Shown one piece after another: positions 30,125-40,748 of a DNA stretch of 64,000 nt (positions are counted from its first letter, which is position 1; the number at the start of each line of letters is the position of its first letter). The DNA lies in the NCBI GenBank assembly GCA_963799845.1, contig CAWCYI010000006.1:1184001-1248000 (forward strand), in the 5' to 3' direction. Source of the stretch: an uncultured Nitrososphaerota archaeon. GTDB taxonomy: Archaea > Thermoproteota > Nitrososphaeria > Nitrososphaerales > CADDZS01. The notes under the pieces were generated by a model. That model saw only the letters and a program-made list of their open reading frames with translations. It made no database searches and was not told where the DNA came from. The translations under genes were made by a program, and so were the position numbers.

Positions 30125-32530
30125 TTAGTGCTGACTCGCTCTCAATGACTTCCAAACATTCTCAGGTGACAGAGGTTGAAGAAGTGCGTTTGCCCTCAGC
30201 GGAGTAAGTGCATCCTCCACCGCATTTGATATTCCATACGGCGGGGTGATGCAACCCCCCTCGGCGGCGCCCTTGAACCCTCCCAACGTTACCGGAGATG
30301 GGGTTACCATGTGAATGATTTCAAGATCTGGAATCTCCATCGCGGTGGGAAGCAAATAATCTAGAAAAGTAGAAGACAAAAGTTGACCCTCTGAATTGTA
30401 TACCAAGTCCTCAAACATAGCTCCGCCGATCCCGTGGGCTACTCCCCCCTGGATTTGCCCATCCAGAGTCATTGGGTTGATGATGTTCCCACAATCAGAA
30501 ACGAAAACTTGTTTTTCGACTTTCACCTTTCCAGAGTTGGTATCAACCTGCACGATTACTCCGTAGGCACCTGCGGTTTCCGATGGATACAAATTCATCC
30601 TTCCCTTCTCATCAGGAATATATCGAATGTTAGGAGTTACGTATCGCGCCGTCTCGTCGATTCCGGGTTCTACACCAGACGGAAGCAAATAGATCTTTGT
30701 GTAAGCTATTGCAGCGATTTCTGAAATAGAAATTGTCTTGCTCGTATCCTTGATGCTTGTAAGATGGCCTCCCTCGAGAATAATCTCTCTTTCTTCGACG
30801 CCCAGTCTTGCGGAAGCGATCTTGATCAATTTTCTCTTCACTTTGTCGCAAGCCATCATCACCGATCCAACACCTGCTATTGCAAACCTAGAGGCCCATG
30901 CACCCAAACCGTAGGGAGAGATCGATGTATCACCTTCCGACACGCTGACGTCCCCCGGATCAACGCCCAGCTCATCCGCCACGATCTGCGAAAGAGCCGT
31001 TTCGTGTCCTTGGCCTTGAGCCGCTACTCCCGCCATGACGGTGATTTTTCCTGAAGGGTCTATCCTGATGGTTGACGAGTCGTATCCAGTGTGAAGGGAA
31101 TCCGGGACTGCGTTGGCAGATGGCTCGATCATGAAGCTAACGGAAACGCCCTTGTAGATTCCTTTGCTCCAGAGATCCCTTTGCTCTTTCTTGAATTTGG
31201 TGTAACCAATTGCGTCTGCCGCCTTGCGCAGATTAGACGGGTAATTCCCACTATCGTAAACCGCACCAGTGCAAGTATGATACGGAAACTCGTTCGGGAG
31301 GATAAAGTTCTTGATTCTCAATTCAATGGGATCTAGACCCGATCTCCTAGCCGCAATGTCCAGAATTCTTTCGATAACAAAATTTGCGTCCGCTTTGCCG
31401 AATCCTCTCAAGGCCCCAAACGGTGCTTTGTTTGTGTTCGCGACATGCAAATCAATTTCATAATTCTGAATTTTGTATCCGCTGGGAAGGAAAAGAGTAG
31501 TAGCTAACACGGAAGCGAGACCCGACTGGGGCATAAACGCCCCAAGATCAGCTATCATCTTATCTCTAAGAGCAGTGATGGTTCCGTCTTTCTTCAGTCC
31601 CAACTCCACATAGTGAACCTGCTGACGTGAATGGCATCCTGCTTTCAAGTTCTCAGATCTTGATTCGATCCACTTTACAGGCCGCCCCGTCTTGTAAGAA
31701 AGATAGGCAATCAAAGGTTCCTCCTGGTAAAGCGGAATCTTCTGGCCGAAACCGCCTCCGACATGGGGAGCAATTACTCTGATCTTGTCTTCAGGAATAC
31801 TGATGGACTGCGAAATGAGAGTTCTAAGGATGTGTGGGGTCTGGGTGGAGGCGTAATAGGTCATGGTCTTTGAGAATACATCGTAGTTCGCAACATAGCC
31901 TCTGGTCTCAATTGGGGCGGCAGCATACCGGTGCCGTGTGATTTTTTCTTTGATTACAAAATCCGCCTGCTCAAGAGCATCTTCGACCTCCCCGATTTTG
32001 AAATTGTAAGCAATCAATTCATTAGTGTCCCAGCCGTCATAGAGCTTAGGCGCGGAAGATTCAAGAGACCGTTCAGCATCGTTGATAGCCTCTAGCGGTT
32101 CATAATCTACGACTATTTTTTCGAGGGCGTCTTCAGCCAGATATCTGTCGGTCGCAAGAACAACTGCAACCGCTTCTCCGGTAAAGTACACCTTGTCAAC
32201 TGCAAGCATAAATACGTCTTTTTTCTTCATCCAAGGGAGAGTCACAGACAGCGGAAGCGGTTTCGTTGCTCCGGCAATGTCCCGACCACTAAGGGCAAGA
32301 ACCACACCGGGACTTTCCAAAGCCCTCGATAGATCTACTTTCCTGATTCTCGCGTGGGCATAATCGCTTCTAAGTATTGCCGCATGCAACATCCCTGAAA
32401 ATTTTATGTCGTCCACGAAGACTCCGTGTCCAGACACCAGAACCGCATCCTCTCGCCTCTTCAGCGGCTTACCGACGAACTTCTTCCCCCTAGTGATTTC
32501 AAGAGGTCTTTCAAGAACCGTACTGCTCAA
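30125..32530 (-). CDS. xanthine dehydrogenase/CoxL-family molybdopterin-binding large subunit
   Basis: RREDA.LV.G.G.FVDD, VGGGFGQK, FGALRGFG, QGQGHET, GQIQGGVAHGIG, GFKGAAEGG. Confidence 0.93.
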   Translation of the reverse strand: MSSTVLERPLEITRGKKFVGKPLKRREDAVLVSGHGVFVDDIKFSGMLHAAILRSDYAHARIRKVDLSRALESPGVVLALSGRDIAGATKPLPLSVTLPWMKKKDVFMLAVDKVYFTGEAVAVVLATDRYLAEDALEKIVVDYEPLEAINDAERSLESSAPKLYDGWDTNELIAYNFKIGEVEDALEQADFVIKEKITRHRYAAAPIETRGYVANYDVFSKTMTYYASTQTPHILRTLISQSISIPEDKIRVIAPHVGGGFGQKIPLYQEEPLIAYLSYKTGRPVKWIESRSENLKAGCHSRQQVHYVELGLKKDGTITALRDKMIADLGAFMPQSGLASVLATTLFLPSGYKIQNYEIDLHVANTNKAPFGALRGFGKADANFVIERILDIAARRSGLDPIELRIKNFILPNEFPYHTCTGAVYDSGNYPSNLRKAADAIGYTKFKKEQRDLWSKGIYKGVSVSFMIEPSANAVPDSLHTGYDSSTIRIDPSGKITVMAGVAAQGQGHETALSQIVADELGVDPGDVSVSEGDTSISPYGLGAWASRFAIAGVGSVMMACDKVKRKLIKIASARLGVEEREIILEGGHLTSIKDTSKTISISEIAAIAYTKIYLLPSGVEPGIDETARYVTPNIRYIPDEKGRMNLYPSETAGAYGVIVQVDTNSGKVKVEKQVFVSDCGNIINPMTLDGQIQGGVAHGIGGAMFEDLVYNSEGQLLSSTFLDYLLPTAMEIPDLEIIHMVTPSPVTLGGFKGAAEGGCITPPYGISNAVEDALTPLRANALLQPLSPENVWKSLRASQH

Positions 32531-32589
32531 AATCGATTCAGCTCACTCTGAAATCGAATTTCAATCCTAGGTTAAGACGATATAGAGAC

Positions 32590-33060
32590 TCAGAGATGGC
32601 CTTTGCCAAAATTCCAGCTGAGGATTTCAAAGTCATTGTAAGGTTTGACCCTGACGAATTTCCGGTTGGAAAAATCTTGAACCGGGGGCCTATTCGTCAG
32701 CATCTTGTATTTGTCTGTCATCGAAGTTATGATTTGGTCCATCGTTTCTCTTTCTTCGACAAAACTCGCATCTCCTTGAATAATCGTCCCGACCAGGTCG
32801 TCGTAGGAGTAACCAGTGTCAACAACTCCGCATACGTTAGGATTCCGCTCAATGTGCTGGAGTATCACGGATTCTGGATTCTCGTCAAAAAATATGGAGT
32901 CACCCAACCTAACAAACTGAGTCGGCAGATTCCAAATCTGCTCCTTCGAATCCAGAGTTGCGAGTCTGAGCCAAATCTGAGAGTCTAGGAAATCTCTTGC
33001 TTGTTCGGGACTTAGCGCAATTTTGGAATAGTTCCTTCTTCTCTTGATAACTTCTGACAC
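32590..33060 (-). CDS. pyridoxamine-5'-phosphate oxidase-like (split-barrel flavin/F420-binding) protein
   Basis: LRLATL..., IERNPNVCGVVDTGYSYDDLVGTIIQG, SWNFGK. Confidence 0.8.
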   Translation of the reverse strand: MSEVIKRRRNYSKIALSPEQARDFLDSQIWLRLATLDSKEQIWNLPTQFVRLGDSIFFDENPESVILQHIERNPNVCGVVDTGYSYDDLVGTIIQGDASFVEERETMDQIITSMTDKYKMLTNRPPVQDFSNRKFVRVKPYNDFEILSWNFGKGHL

Positions 33061-33094
33061 GATTAAACTGACCCCTAATTATTGTATTTAGATG

Positions 33095-34492
33095 TTAAGA
33101 CGCGTTAATGAAGTGACACATAGCTTGGATCGCCCGGAGAGCTCTCCTTGGACTAGAATAAACCGGTACTCGAGAACCTTCCAGCTCAGCTAGCCATTTC
33201 TCCTTCACACTCCCTCCCTGAAGTACGAGGAAAACCGGTTTTCCGTTCGAGACTAGCTCGTCATAGATATTCCGTATCTCCGGAAAATCAGAGTTGGCGA
33301 CAGCCAAATCTATCATTAAGAGAGAGTCAACATTGGGATCGTCAATCACGGCCTGCATCGTTTTCCTTCTAATCTCTTTCCCCGAAGTAAGGGCAAATCC
33401 GATATCGAGTGGATTTCCTATTCTTTGATCTGGAGGAATCTGTTTTTTCAAAAACTCGATAGTTTCGCGTGTGAACGTGGGGAATTCTAGTTTGAATTCG
33501 TCTGCTGCATCAGCGGAAAGGGTTCCGTTTGCACCGCTCATAGTCACGACACCGATCTTTCTTCCCCTCGGAAAAGGCTGGAATGATATTGCTTTTGAGA
33601 TGTCGAAGAATTCTTCGATGTCAATAACAGGAATGATGCCCATTTGTATTAGGTAATTATCGTCGAATCTTGGGTCCTGTCCAAATGACCCGGTATGGGC
33701 ACGAGTCGACAGCCTGCCCATTTCTGTTTTGCCGCCCCGCAAAAACACTATAGGTTTTTGTTCTTTCTGAAGACGCCGAGCCAGCTCGAATAACTCCTGT
33801 GGTCTCTTTATCGATTCTAGATAAATTTGGATCGCCTTAACATGTGAAAGTGACCCGGCATATTCTATGAAGTCGACTTCGTCATAATCGGCCTTGTTTC
33901 CAAGACTAACGCTCAGATCGTAGCCGAGGCGCTGGTATTTTCGCGACATTATCTCGTCCATGTACGCACCTGCGAAGATGCCAGTTTGACCCCCGATAGC
34001 AAGATCTCCTCCAGTCCAGCTGTCAAAGTGGTTTATGCTTGCAACTAGGCTCTTCGGGAATGAAACAAATCCCGTAGTGTTCGGACCCAAGAGTCTGATT
34101 CCCAACGAGCGACACTTTTCGAGGATTTCTTGTTCGAGTTCAGCCCCTTTATCCGATGCTTCAGAGAATCCTGCTGATATGATCACGATCGCTTTCACAC
34201 CTTTCCGCCTACAATCGTCCAGCATCGGAAGAACGAGGCTTCCCGCGATCGCGAAAAATACGACATCGACATCAGATGGAATACTGCTGATCGAATCGTA
34301 ACATTCTAGGTCGAGAATCTCTTTGTATTTTGGATTGACGGAGAAGATGCCGCCTTTGTACCCATGAGATTTCATCGAGTCAATCAGAGTGAAACCAGGC
34401 CGGTCAGGATTTGGACTCGCACCGACGACTGCGACAGAATTCGCTTCGAAGATTTCCTTCAATTCGATTTCACTTCGTGTAGCCTGTCCCAA
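33095..34492 (-). CDS. acyl-CoA synthetase (NDP-forming) alpha subunit / CoA-binding protein
   Basis: SVAVVGAS, SAGFSE, LGPNT, LGNKAD, phospho-His AHTGS, NPLD. Confidence 0.9.
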   Translation of the reverse strand: MGQATRSEIELKEIFEANSVAVVGASPNPDRPGFTLIDSMKSHGYKGGIFSVNPKYKEILDLECYDSISSIPSDVDVVFFAIAGSLVLPMLDDCRRKGVKAIVIISAGFSEASDKGAELEQEILEKCRSLGIRLLGPNTTGFVSFPKSLVASINHFDSWTGGDLAIGGQTGIFAGAYMDEIMSRKYQRLGYDLSVSLGNKADYDEVDFIEYAGSLSHVKAIQIYLESIKRPQELFELARRLQKEQKPIVFLRGGKTEMGRLSTRAHTGSFGQDPRFDDNYLIQMGIIPVIDIEEFFDISKAISFQPFPRGRKIGVVTMSGANGTLSADAADEFKLEFPTFTRETIEFLKKQIPPDQRIGNPLDIGFALTSGKEIRRKTMQAVIDDPNVDSLLMIDLAVANSDFPEIRNIYDELVSNGKPVFLVLQGGSVKEKWLAELEGSRVPVYSSPRRALRAIQAMCHFINAS

Positions 34493-36058
34493 GTACCGTC
34501 TGTGTTGGTCGTGTACTCGCTGCGCACAATTTTCTTGGTTTGTTCTGTTTTTTTCAGTTCATCTACAAACTGGATAAATCTGGGAATCATAAATTTTGGA
34601 AATCTGGATTCACACCAGTTGATCAAATCCCCGGGAGAAAGCTCCGCGCCGGACTTTCGCGAAACAACTAACTTAATGTCATCGCCACCCATTTCAGGGT
34701 TCGATATTCCCACTGCTATGCATTCTTCAACTAGTGGATGTGTAGACAAAACGGTCTCGATCTGAAGGGGAGAAATATTTTCTCCGCGATATCGAATGAA
34801 AGTCTCCACTTTCCCCACATAATGAAAGTAGCCTTCCTCATCAACTCGAACAATGTCACCGCTCTTGAACCAGCCATCTTCCGTGAATCTGGCAAGACTC
34901 TTGGGAACGTCATTATAGTACAGGTCCTCAGGTTGCTTCTTTGCAAACTCGGACTTTAGGCGTGAAACCAGCTGGCCAGGTTTTCCGGGTTCAGTCTCGA
35001 CCCCATTATCATCCAGGATTCTGACCCTCAGCTGAAGGATACTTTAATCCAATTGTTCCTGCACGATTCGTTGGCATTGTGCCCGCTCCAAAAAAAGCTC
35101 CCTCTGTCTGCGCGTAGTGCTCGTAGATCTTGACTCCAAACCGCGCTTCAAAATTTAGCCACGCCTCTTCGCTTGGAACTCCCGCTCCAACAGACAAACG
35201 TGCATTGTGAGCTTTATCGTTCTCTGACACAGGCTGCTTCAAAAGCAGTGGAATTGAAGCACCCTGATGAACGAGGACTGTTGCATCGTAGCGCCTCACA
35301 TCATTCCAGAATTGGCTTACACTGAATCTATCCGTTATTGCGATCTTGCCACCGTTTCTCAAAGCTCCAATCACATGGACCTGTCCAAGAATATGATAAA
35401 GTGCGAAAGGGAGGTAGGTCGTATCTCCTGGGCCGAGGCCGATCGCATCCATCATCTGCTGAACGTAGGTCTCTTGATGCAATGGAAGGATTCCATAATT
35501 TTCATACACTACTCCCTTTGGTGCTCCGGTTGTGCCACTCGTGTAAATGATGCAGCACGGATCGGAATAGCTGAGTTCTATTGTCGGTATAGAATCATGC
35601 CCCTCAGAGATCAGAGAAAGAATCGAGCTATCCGCTTCATTCTCCTCGTGGTCTAGTAAGTAATGTTGAATTCTCTTGACACTGGCAGTTTGCGAGGCCA
35701 AGAATTCCCTTTCGTAGTTATTGTGAACGAATGCCAGTACGGTTTCGCTCTGAGAAAGCAGATAAGATAACTCGTGGGCTTTTAGCTGACAGTTGATTGG
35801 GACGCAAATCCCACCAGCCTTCCAAATCCCGAATTCGCATATCAGATACTCTAAATTTGAGTGGGAAATGATAGCCACCTTATCGCCTTTCTTTATTCCC
35901 ATCTTTGCGAGTGAACTTGAAAGGCGATTAGACTTGCTCTCCAGTTCGGCGAGACTGATAGCGCCATCTTTGTAAAAGGCAAATGACTGGGACCCGTTTT
36001 CCTCGGCTCGGATCCGAAGGAGCGAGCCGGGAGAAGTACATTCTTCTTCGGATTTCAA
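34459..36058 (-). CDS. AMP-forming acyl-CoA ligase (CaiC-like), one +1 frameshift (~35026)
   Basis: YTSGTTGAPKG, YAQTE; the corrected frame continues GWFKSGD...RGENISP..IE. Confidence 0.88.
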
Positions 36059-36125
36059 TTTCGAATCTAGACTGAGCTTAGCAACTGACGGAGAATGAAT
36101 TTTGATGAGCTGGTTGATTCTCGTT

Positions 36126-36653
36126 TTATTTCGTATTTATTCCCCTTATTGACTTGCCCTTTTCAAAATGAAATGCAAACATTTCGAGCGGTTCAACTTC
36201 TATCTTCACTCGCGGAAAGGGCTGCCGATGATAGTAAGTGTAGGACGATCTTAATCCGGCAAAGCTCTTTTCATTGATTGCATCGTACACCTTCCACTCT
36301 AGATCCTTATCCTGAATGACCTTGGCTTTTCCCTTCATCATGACACCCCTGGAATCAAAAAACGGTTTTCCACTGTTCCAGACCAGTGTTATCTTTCCAT
36401 TTCGTTGAATATTCTTGATTTTAACTGAAGCGGCATCAGCATCAAAATAGATTCTATCGCCGAGCCTGATGAAGTTAGAAGGAATATTGTGTAGTTTTCC
36501 ATTGAGTGAAATCGTTGCTGCTCTCATGAAAAACTGGTTGTCAATGTAGCGAAAGACCTGTTCCATCTTGACTGGTTCAAGTGCATCCTCTGTCCAATTC
36601 ATGACCTTGTATGCCTCGCAGATGGCTTTATCTGTTTTTTTCAAAGGAATCAA
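36126..36653 (-). CDS. pyridoxamine-5'-phosphate oxidase-like (split-barrel) protein
   Basis: MRAATIS.NG..H, SVKIKNIQRN, RGVMMKGKA; distant paralogue of 32590..33060. Confidence 0.8.
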   Translation of the reverse strand: MIPLKKTDKAICEAYKVMNWTEDALEPVKMEQVFRYIDNQFFMRAATISLNGKLHNIPSNFIRLGDRIYFDADAASVKIKNIQRNGKITLVWNSGKPFFDSRGVMMKGKAKVIQDKDLEWKVYDAINEKSFAGLRSSYTYYHRQPFPRVKIEVEPLEMFAFHFEKGKSIRGINTK

Positions 36654-36704
36654 ATTTTCAAACTATCGTAATATACTCCTCTCTCACTTTGAAATCGGAT
36701 TCCA

Positions 36705-37143
36705 ATGCACACGCGCAATCTCAGATCCTACCTAAAGATTCTAGATTCTTAGGGTTTGCTACTTCATATAGAAAAGAGAGTTGACCCAAAATTTGAACTC
36801 TCTGCTGTCGTAAAGGCGGTTGAAAACCTAGACAAGGTGATTATCTTTCACAATTTGAAAAGAAGTGAGTTTGATGTTGCGGCAAACATCGTAGTTTCGA
36901 AAAAAATGTTTTCATTGCTACTCAATACCTCCGAGGCTGATACAGTTCAAGAATATGTAAGGCGGGCAGAGAAGCTGATCAAACCAACGATGGTTTCGAC
37001 CGGTCCGGCAAAAGATCACATTTCCCGCTAACGCAGAAATAATCCTAGAAGTGAAGTCCCTAGCCAATGTCAGAGAAGAAGAGAGACATTATGGAGACAT
37101 GGTCCAATTTTACACCCCTCAATCAAAGAATCACGTATTTTGG
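36705..37143 (+). pseudogene. UbiD remnant with an in-frame stop and a large internal deletion
   Basis: MHTRNLRSYLKILDS*GLLLHIEKRVDPKFELS...GPAKD, then directly PANAEIILE...VREEERHYGD, matching distant parts of the intact UbiD. Confidence 0.8.
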
Positions 37144-37212
37144 CTCAAGGGTATCTGTCAGCTCCTTTTGGGAGAGAAGAGCCTGTCATGAATAGACGAC
37201 AACACTATCCCG

Positions 37213-37307
37213 GTGGAACTAACGGTTCTTCAAAAAATGCAAAACGTGGAACTGTTCAATAAAGTGTACAAGGCGTACATCAAAGAGCCCAGATCCTGGA
37301 CGAAGCC
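37213..37307 (+). pseudogene. possible RidA/YjgF-family remnant
   Basis: VELTVLQKMQNVELFNKVYKAYIKEPRS resembles the RidA core V.VFL.DM.DF...NEVY..YF..P. Confidence 0.45.
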
Positions 37308-37539
37308 TTGTCAGCGCGAAAGAACACCTTCACACACCTCTTGCGGGATGACTGTGACCGCACTGGTAATTTGAATCCTACAAGTCGAGTATTTTTATGC
37401 ATGAATATAGGCCGCAACAAGTATCATAGGTCAAAGAAACCGGTGTTGCCGGTACTGTTACATCTTCGGTTGATGATGAATGGTAAGTCATCGCCAATAA
37501 CAGATAAAGTGACAGATCCGCGTAAACACACTTCCTGAC

Positions 37540-38550
37540 CTACTTAAAGGCGGGAATTATTTCTCTGCCGAATTGTTCTACGACTCCTTTGACTTCTTGA
37601 CCTACTCCATGTTCTCCTGTGAGTATAGCTATTTGATGAACTCCCGTTTTTGAAAGATCTTTCAGTTGTTCTATGCATTGGTCCGTCGTACCTGCAATTC
37701 CGAACTTTAGGATAAATTCCTCCGAAAGCATCTTCGTTATTTGTGTCATTTTAACAAAGTCGTGTTTGTTCAATGACGCCTCTTTGATGAGTTTGAGATC
37801 TTTTGTGCTGCTGTCGGCTATTTCTGCCAAGAAAGGATAGAGCGCGGGACTCCACATTGCAAGAGGCCTAACGGAGTCAACCGCGGCCTTCCTATCCTTG
37901 GCAAGACCGCAGAATGTCCAATTGACAAGTTTGATCTTTTGTGGATCACGTTTAGATTTTTTTGCACCTTCCTCGATCTTTTTCTTGGCGAACTCGATAC
38001 ACTTTGAATTAACACCCGTTGAAACTATTACACCGTCAGCAATTTCGCCCGAAATCTCGAGCATTTTTGGACCTGTCGCTGCAACATACAATGGTACCCG
38101 TCTTATTCTTCCAAATGAGAGTTTGGCAGGCCCTTTTGCTCCCGAAAACGTAACTGTTTCCCCTTCTAGCAGTTTCTTAATTTGAAGCGCCTTCTCCAAG
38201 AAGAAACCCGAAGGAACCGGAGCTCTGAGGCCAAGCTCAGCGAGATTCCATGGGCCTCCTGCTGAAATCCCGAGGATAGCTCTTCCGTTTGACAACTCAT
38301 CTATCGAATTGATAGCATTTGACGTGATTCCGACATGCCTACTGAGGAGATTCGTCACGCCAGTTCCGATTATTAATTTGTGAGAATTTAGGGCGCACAG
38401 AGTAAGATAGGGATAGCAGTCTCTTCCCTGCAGTCCTGAATCCGTAATCCAAACGGAATCAAACCCCGCCCTTTCAGTCGTCTTAATTAGGTCGATGAAC
38501 TCAGCGGGTGGCCTCTCGGTACTATGCGACATTGCGAATTCGACGGTCAT
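37540..38550 (-). CDS. LLM-class (Mer-like) oxidoreductase
   Basis: GFDSVWITDS, IGTGVTN, IDELSNGRAILGI, YVAATGPKML..SGEIADGV. Confidence 0.92.
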   Translation of the reverse strand: MTVEFAMSHSTERPPAEFIDLIKTTERAGFDSVWITDSGLQGRDCYPYLTLCALNSHKLIIGTGVTNLLSRHVGITSNAINSIDELSNGRAILGISAGGPWNLAELGLRAPVPSGFFLEKALQIKKLLEGETVTFSGAKGPAKLSFGRIRRVPLYVAATGPKMLEISGEIADGVIVSTGVNSKCIEFAKKKIEEGAKKSKRDPQKIKLVNWTFCGLAKDRKAAVDSVRPLAMWSPALYPFLAEIADSSTKDLKLIKEASLNKHDFVKMTQITKMLSEEFILKFGIAGTTDQCIEQLKDLSKTGVHQIAILTGEHGVGQEVKGVVEQFGREIIPAFK

Positions 38551-38587
38551 TAGATATTCTAATCCTTGTGTAGGAACATGTTTTCCG

Positions 38588-38956
38588 TCAACTTTTCGCT
38601 ATCACTCGATTGAACTCTGTGAGATTCACAATATTGTTGTCAGGATCAAGATATGCGGCGCTGTATCCCCATGGTTGATTCGTAGGCCTTTCGAGAACTT
38701 CTACTCGCTCAGCGATCAAGCGCTTATTATCTTCATCTAGGTTCTGCGAGGAAAATCCAAATTCTGAATGAGAAGGGGATTCTCCGTCTTTCAATCTAAA
38801 AATAATGAAATGTGTATAGGGGTTGTCCCACGAAAATTCATAATGGGATGGTTCATCACTCCGAAGAGGGATTCCTAGAATATCTCGATAAAAGTGCACT
38901 GATTTTTCAAGTTCGGCAACATGAATTGCGATGTAGTTGATTCTCTTGCTGCTCAA
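38588..38956 (-). CDS. VOC/glyoxalase-family protein
   Basis: SVHFYRDILG, QPWGYSAAYLDPDNN. Confidence 0.9.
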   Translation of the reverse strand: MSSKRINYIAIHVAELEKSVHFYRDILGIPLRSDEPSHYEFSWDNPYTHFIIFRLKDGESPSHSEFGFSSQNLDEDNKRLIAERVEVLERPTNQPWGYSAAYLDPDNNIVNLTEFNRVIAKS

Positions 38957-39040
38957 CTTTTGGATTCTACTGCCAATTCGGAAAAATAACCATATAATTA
39001 GAATGTTGATAGAAGTTAGATTTTTTATGGTTGTCAGATG

Positions 39041-39748
39041 TTATTGCTTGCTTTCCGTTTCCCCACTCACTCGACTCATCGTGGCTTTTAAGGGACTCGC
39101 ACGGTTAGCAAAAAGGTAAACGAAAAGTGCGAATAAGAAGAAAAGTGGAACTAAGATAAGATCATTCAGAGAAATCAGGATTTCGCTAAACCAGAACGCT
39201 GAGAAAGATAGTAATAAAGCTGACACGACAACCTTCATGTTTGCTTGCTTTACCTTCCTCACTTGATTCCGTAAAACAAAAGTTGAGACAATAACAATCA
39301 CTACGCCTGTGATTATTCCGATTATTGTGGAAGAGAAATTATTCGGAATTAGGCCTACCAACACAATTGCCGCCTCAAAGGCTTCTATGGCACCAACAGA
39401 AAATCCTGTGTACATCAATCCTTTTTCAAACTCTTCCGCCTTAAAGCCTCCAGAGCGCGACTTGAGTACTGATCGTCTCGCACTGCGGGCTAATCTAATT
39501 CCGAAGTAGAGGAGCAGTAGGCCACCGATGAACTTTACATAAAAAAAAGGAAGGAGCGAAATCGCAGATCCTATCAGTATTGTGGGCACAAGGACAACGA
39601 CAACGCCGAGGGCAACGTAGAAGAAGGCTAATCTGTTTCCTGATTCGCCATATAGGGCCAAACCGACTGCTGCAGCTTCTACCATCTCCAAAGTAGTGAT
39701 TCCTGTAGCAGCCAAGAAAATGGCAGAATCGAAAACCAGAGGCCTCAT
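39041..39748 (-). CDS. integral membrane protein (COG4280-like, duplicated ExxE motif)
   Basis: LEMVEAA / IEAFEAA repeats with multiple TM helices. Confidence 0.75.
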   Translation of the reverse strand: MRPLVFDSAIFLAATGITTLEMVEAAAVGLALYGESGNRLAFFYVALGVVVVLVPTILIGSAISLLPFFYVKFIGGLLLLYFGIRLARSARRSVLKSRSGGFKAEEFEKGLMYTGFSVGAIEAFEAAIVLVGLIPNNFSSTIIGIITGVVIVIVSTFVLRNQVRKVKQANMKVVVSALLLSFSAFWFSEILISLNDLILVPLFFLFALFVYLFANRASPLKATMSRVSGETESKQ

Positions 39749-39892
39749 CTCCTGACATTAATCTAATTTCGTATGAATCCAATCATAATTCTTGACTAGG
39801 CTTAGCGTGCGATATTTCTCTCATCGGCCGACCTTTCCAAGTTAAATTGAGAATATCGCGGCATGCACTGACTACATAGTCTAGATTCGTTC

Positions 39893-40633
39893 TTAGAGTC
39901 TCACATTTTCCAATGAAGAATAGGACTCTTCCCTCACACCGTTCCGGTGAGCCACAGCAATACAATTGTCCAATAGATCAGAAGAAACGCTCAGTATGTC
40001 CTGCACAGATAAACTCGATCCGAGTTTAGTCATCAAATTTGCGTAGTTTTCCGGAAGGATGTTGAACATCTTTGCCTCTCCGAGTGAGTCGTATGAGAGG
40101 TAATACTTTCGATTGAGAAGAGCAACGAGTTGGGCCGCCAACGACTGGAATTCAATGCTGAAGAGAAGCGAGTCTGCTAACTTACCGTAACTTAATACCG
40201 CTTTCATATGATTCACATACTCACGTAACAGAACAATAATTACCCCGGACTGCTTTGCATACGCCTCATTGGGTATGGAAGAGTCGAACTTCTGGAATTC
40301 TTTTAGAGCATTCTGATCACCATAGATCACTTTAGCGGTGTGAATGTGCATCATCCAGCTGAACCATTCACTGTTCGACGGATCTTTGAAGATATTTTGA
40401 GCCTCTCCTTCAGTTATGAAAAAAGGTTCCGCAATTATGTCTTTGTAAACGAATTTTCGAGATTCGCCAATTTTGTCCTTGCTTGCAATAAGCATATCCA
40501 GATCAGCAAAATCACCATCTTTGTTGTTAGCAGTCATCCCTGCAACTGCTACAAATAGAATCTGATTATGATACTGTTCGACGGCTCTCTTGGCAATACT
40601 TTCAGCGAGCGCCCATCTTTCATCATGCTTCAA
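39893..40633 (-). CDS. kanamycin nucleotidyltransferase (ANT(4')-type)-like protein
   Basis: From TTG 40633: HDERWALAESI...ILFVAVAG..ANNKDGDFADLDML (pol-beta NTase motif), and C-terminal LVALLNRKYY...LPENY; ~246 aa; TTTATATA box upstream on the minus strand. Confidence 0.7.
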   Translation of the reverse strand: MKHDERWALAESIAKRAVEQYHNQILFVAVAGMTANNKDGDFADLDMLIASKDKIGESRKFVYKDIIAEPFFITEGEAQNIFKDPSNSEWFSWMMHIHTAKVIYGDQNALKEFQKFDSSIPNEAYAKQSGVIIVLLREYVNHMKAVLSYGKLADSLLFSIEFQSLAAQLVALLNRKYYLSYDSLGEAKMFNILPENYANLMTKLGSSLSVQDILSVSSDLLDNCIAVAHRNGVREESYSSLENVRL

Positions 40634-40748
40634 TTCAAAAATTCCTTCGCCGTTCGCAAATTCAATAGAGTATATAAATTTCAAATATTGTGAAACGGAA
40701 TATTTTCTCCAGTTTGGCGACTTACGCAATTCGACTTTCAGAATGCGA

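Noticed and set aside
30125-32530. Aerobic CO dehydrogenase
   Set aside because: The active-site loop is ALRGFG, not AYxCSFR, and no coxM/S or accessory genes are adjacent.
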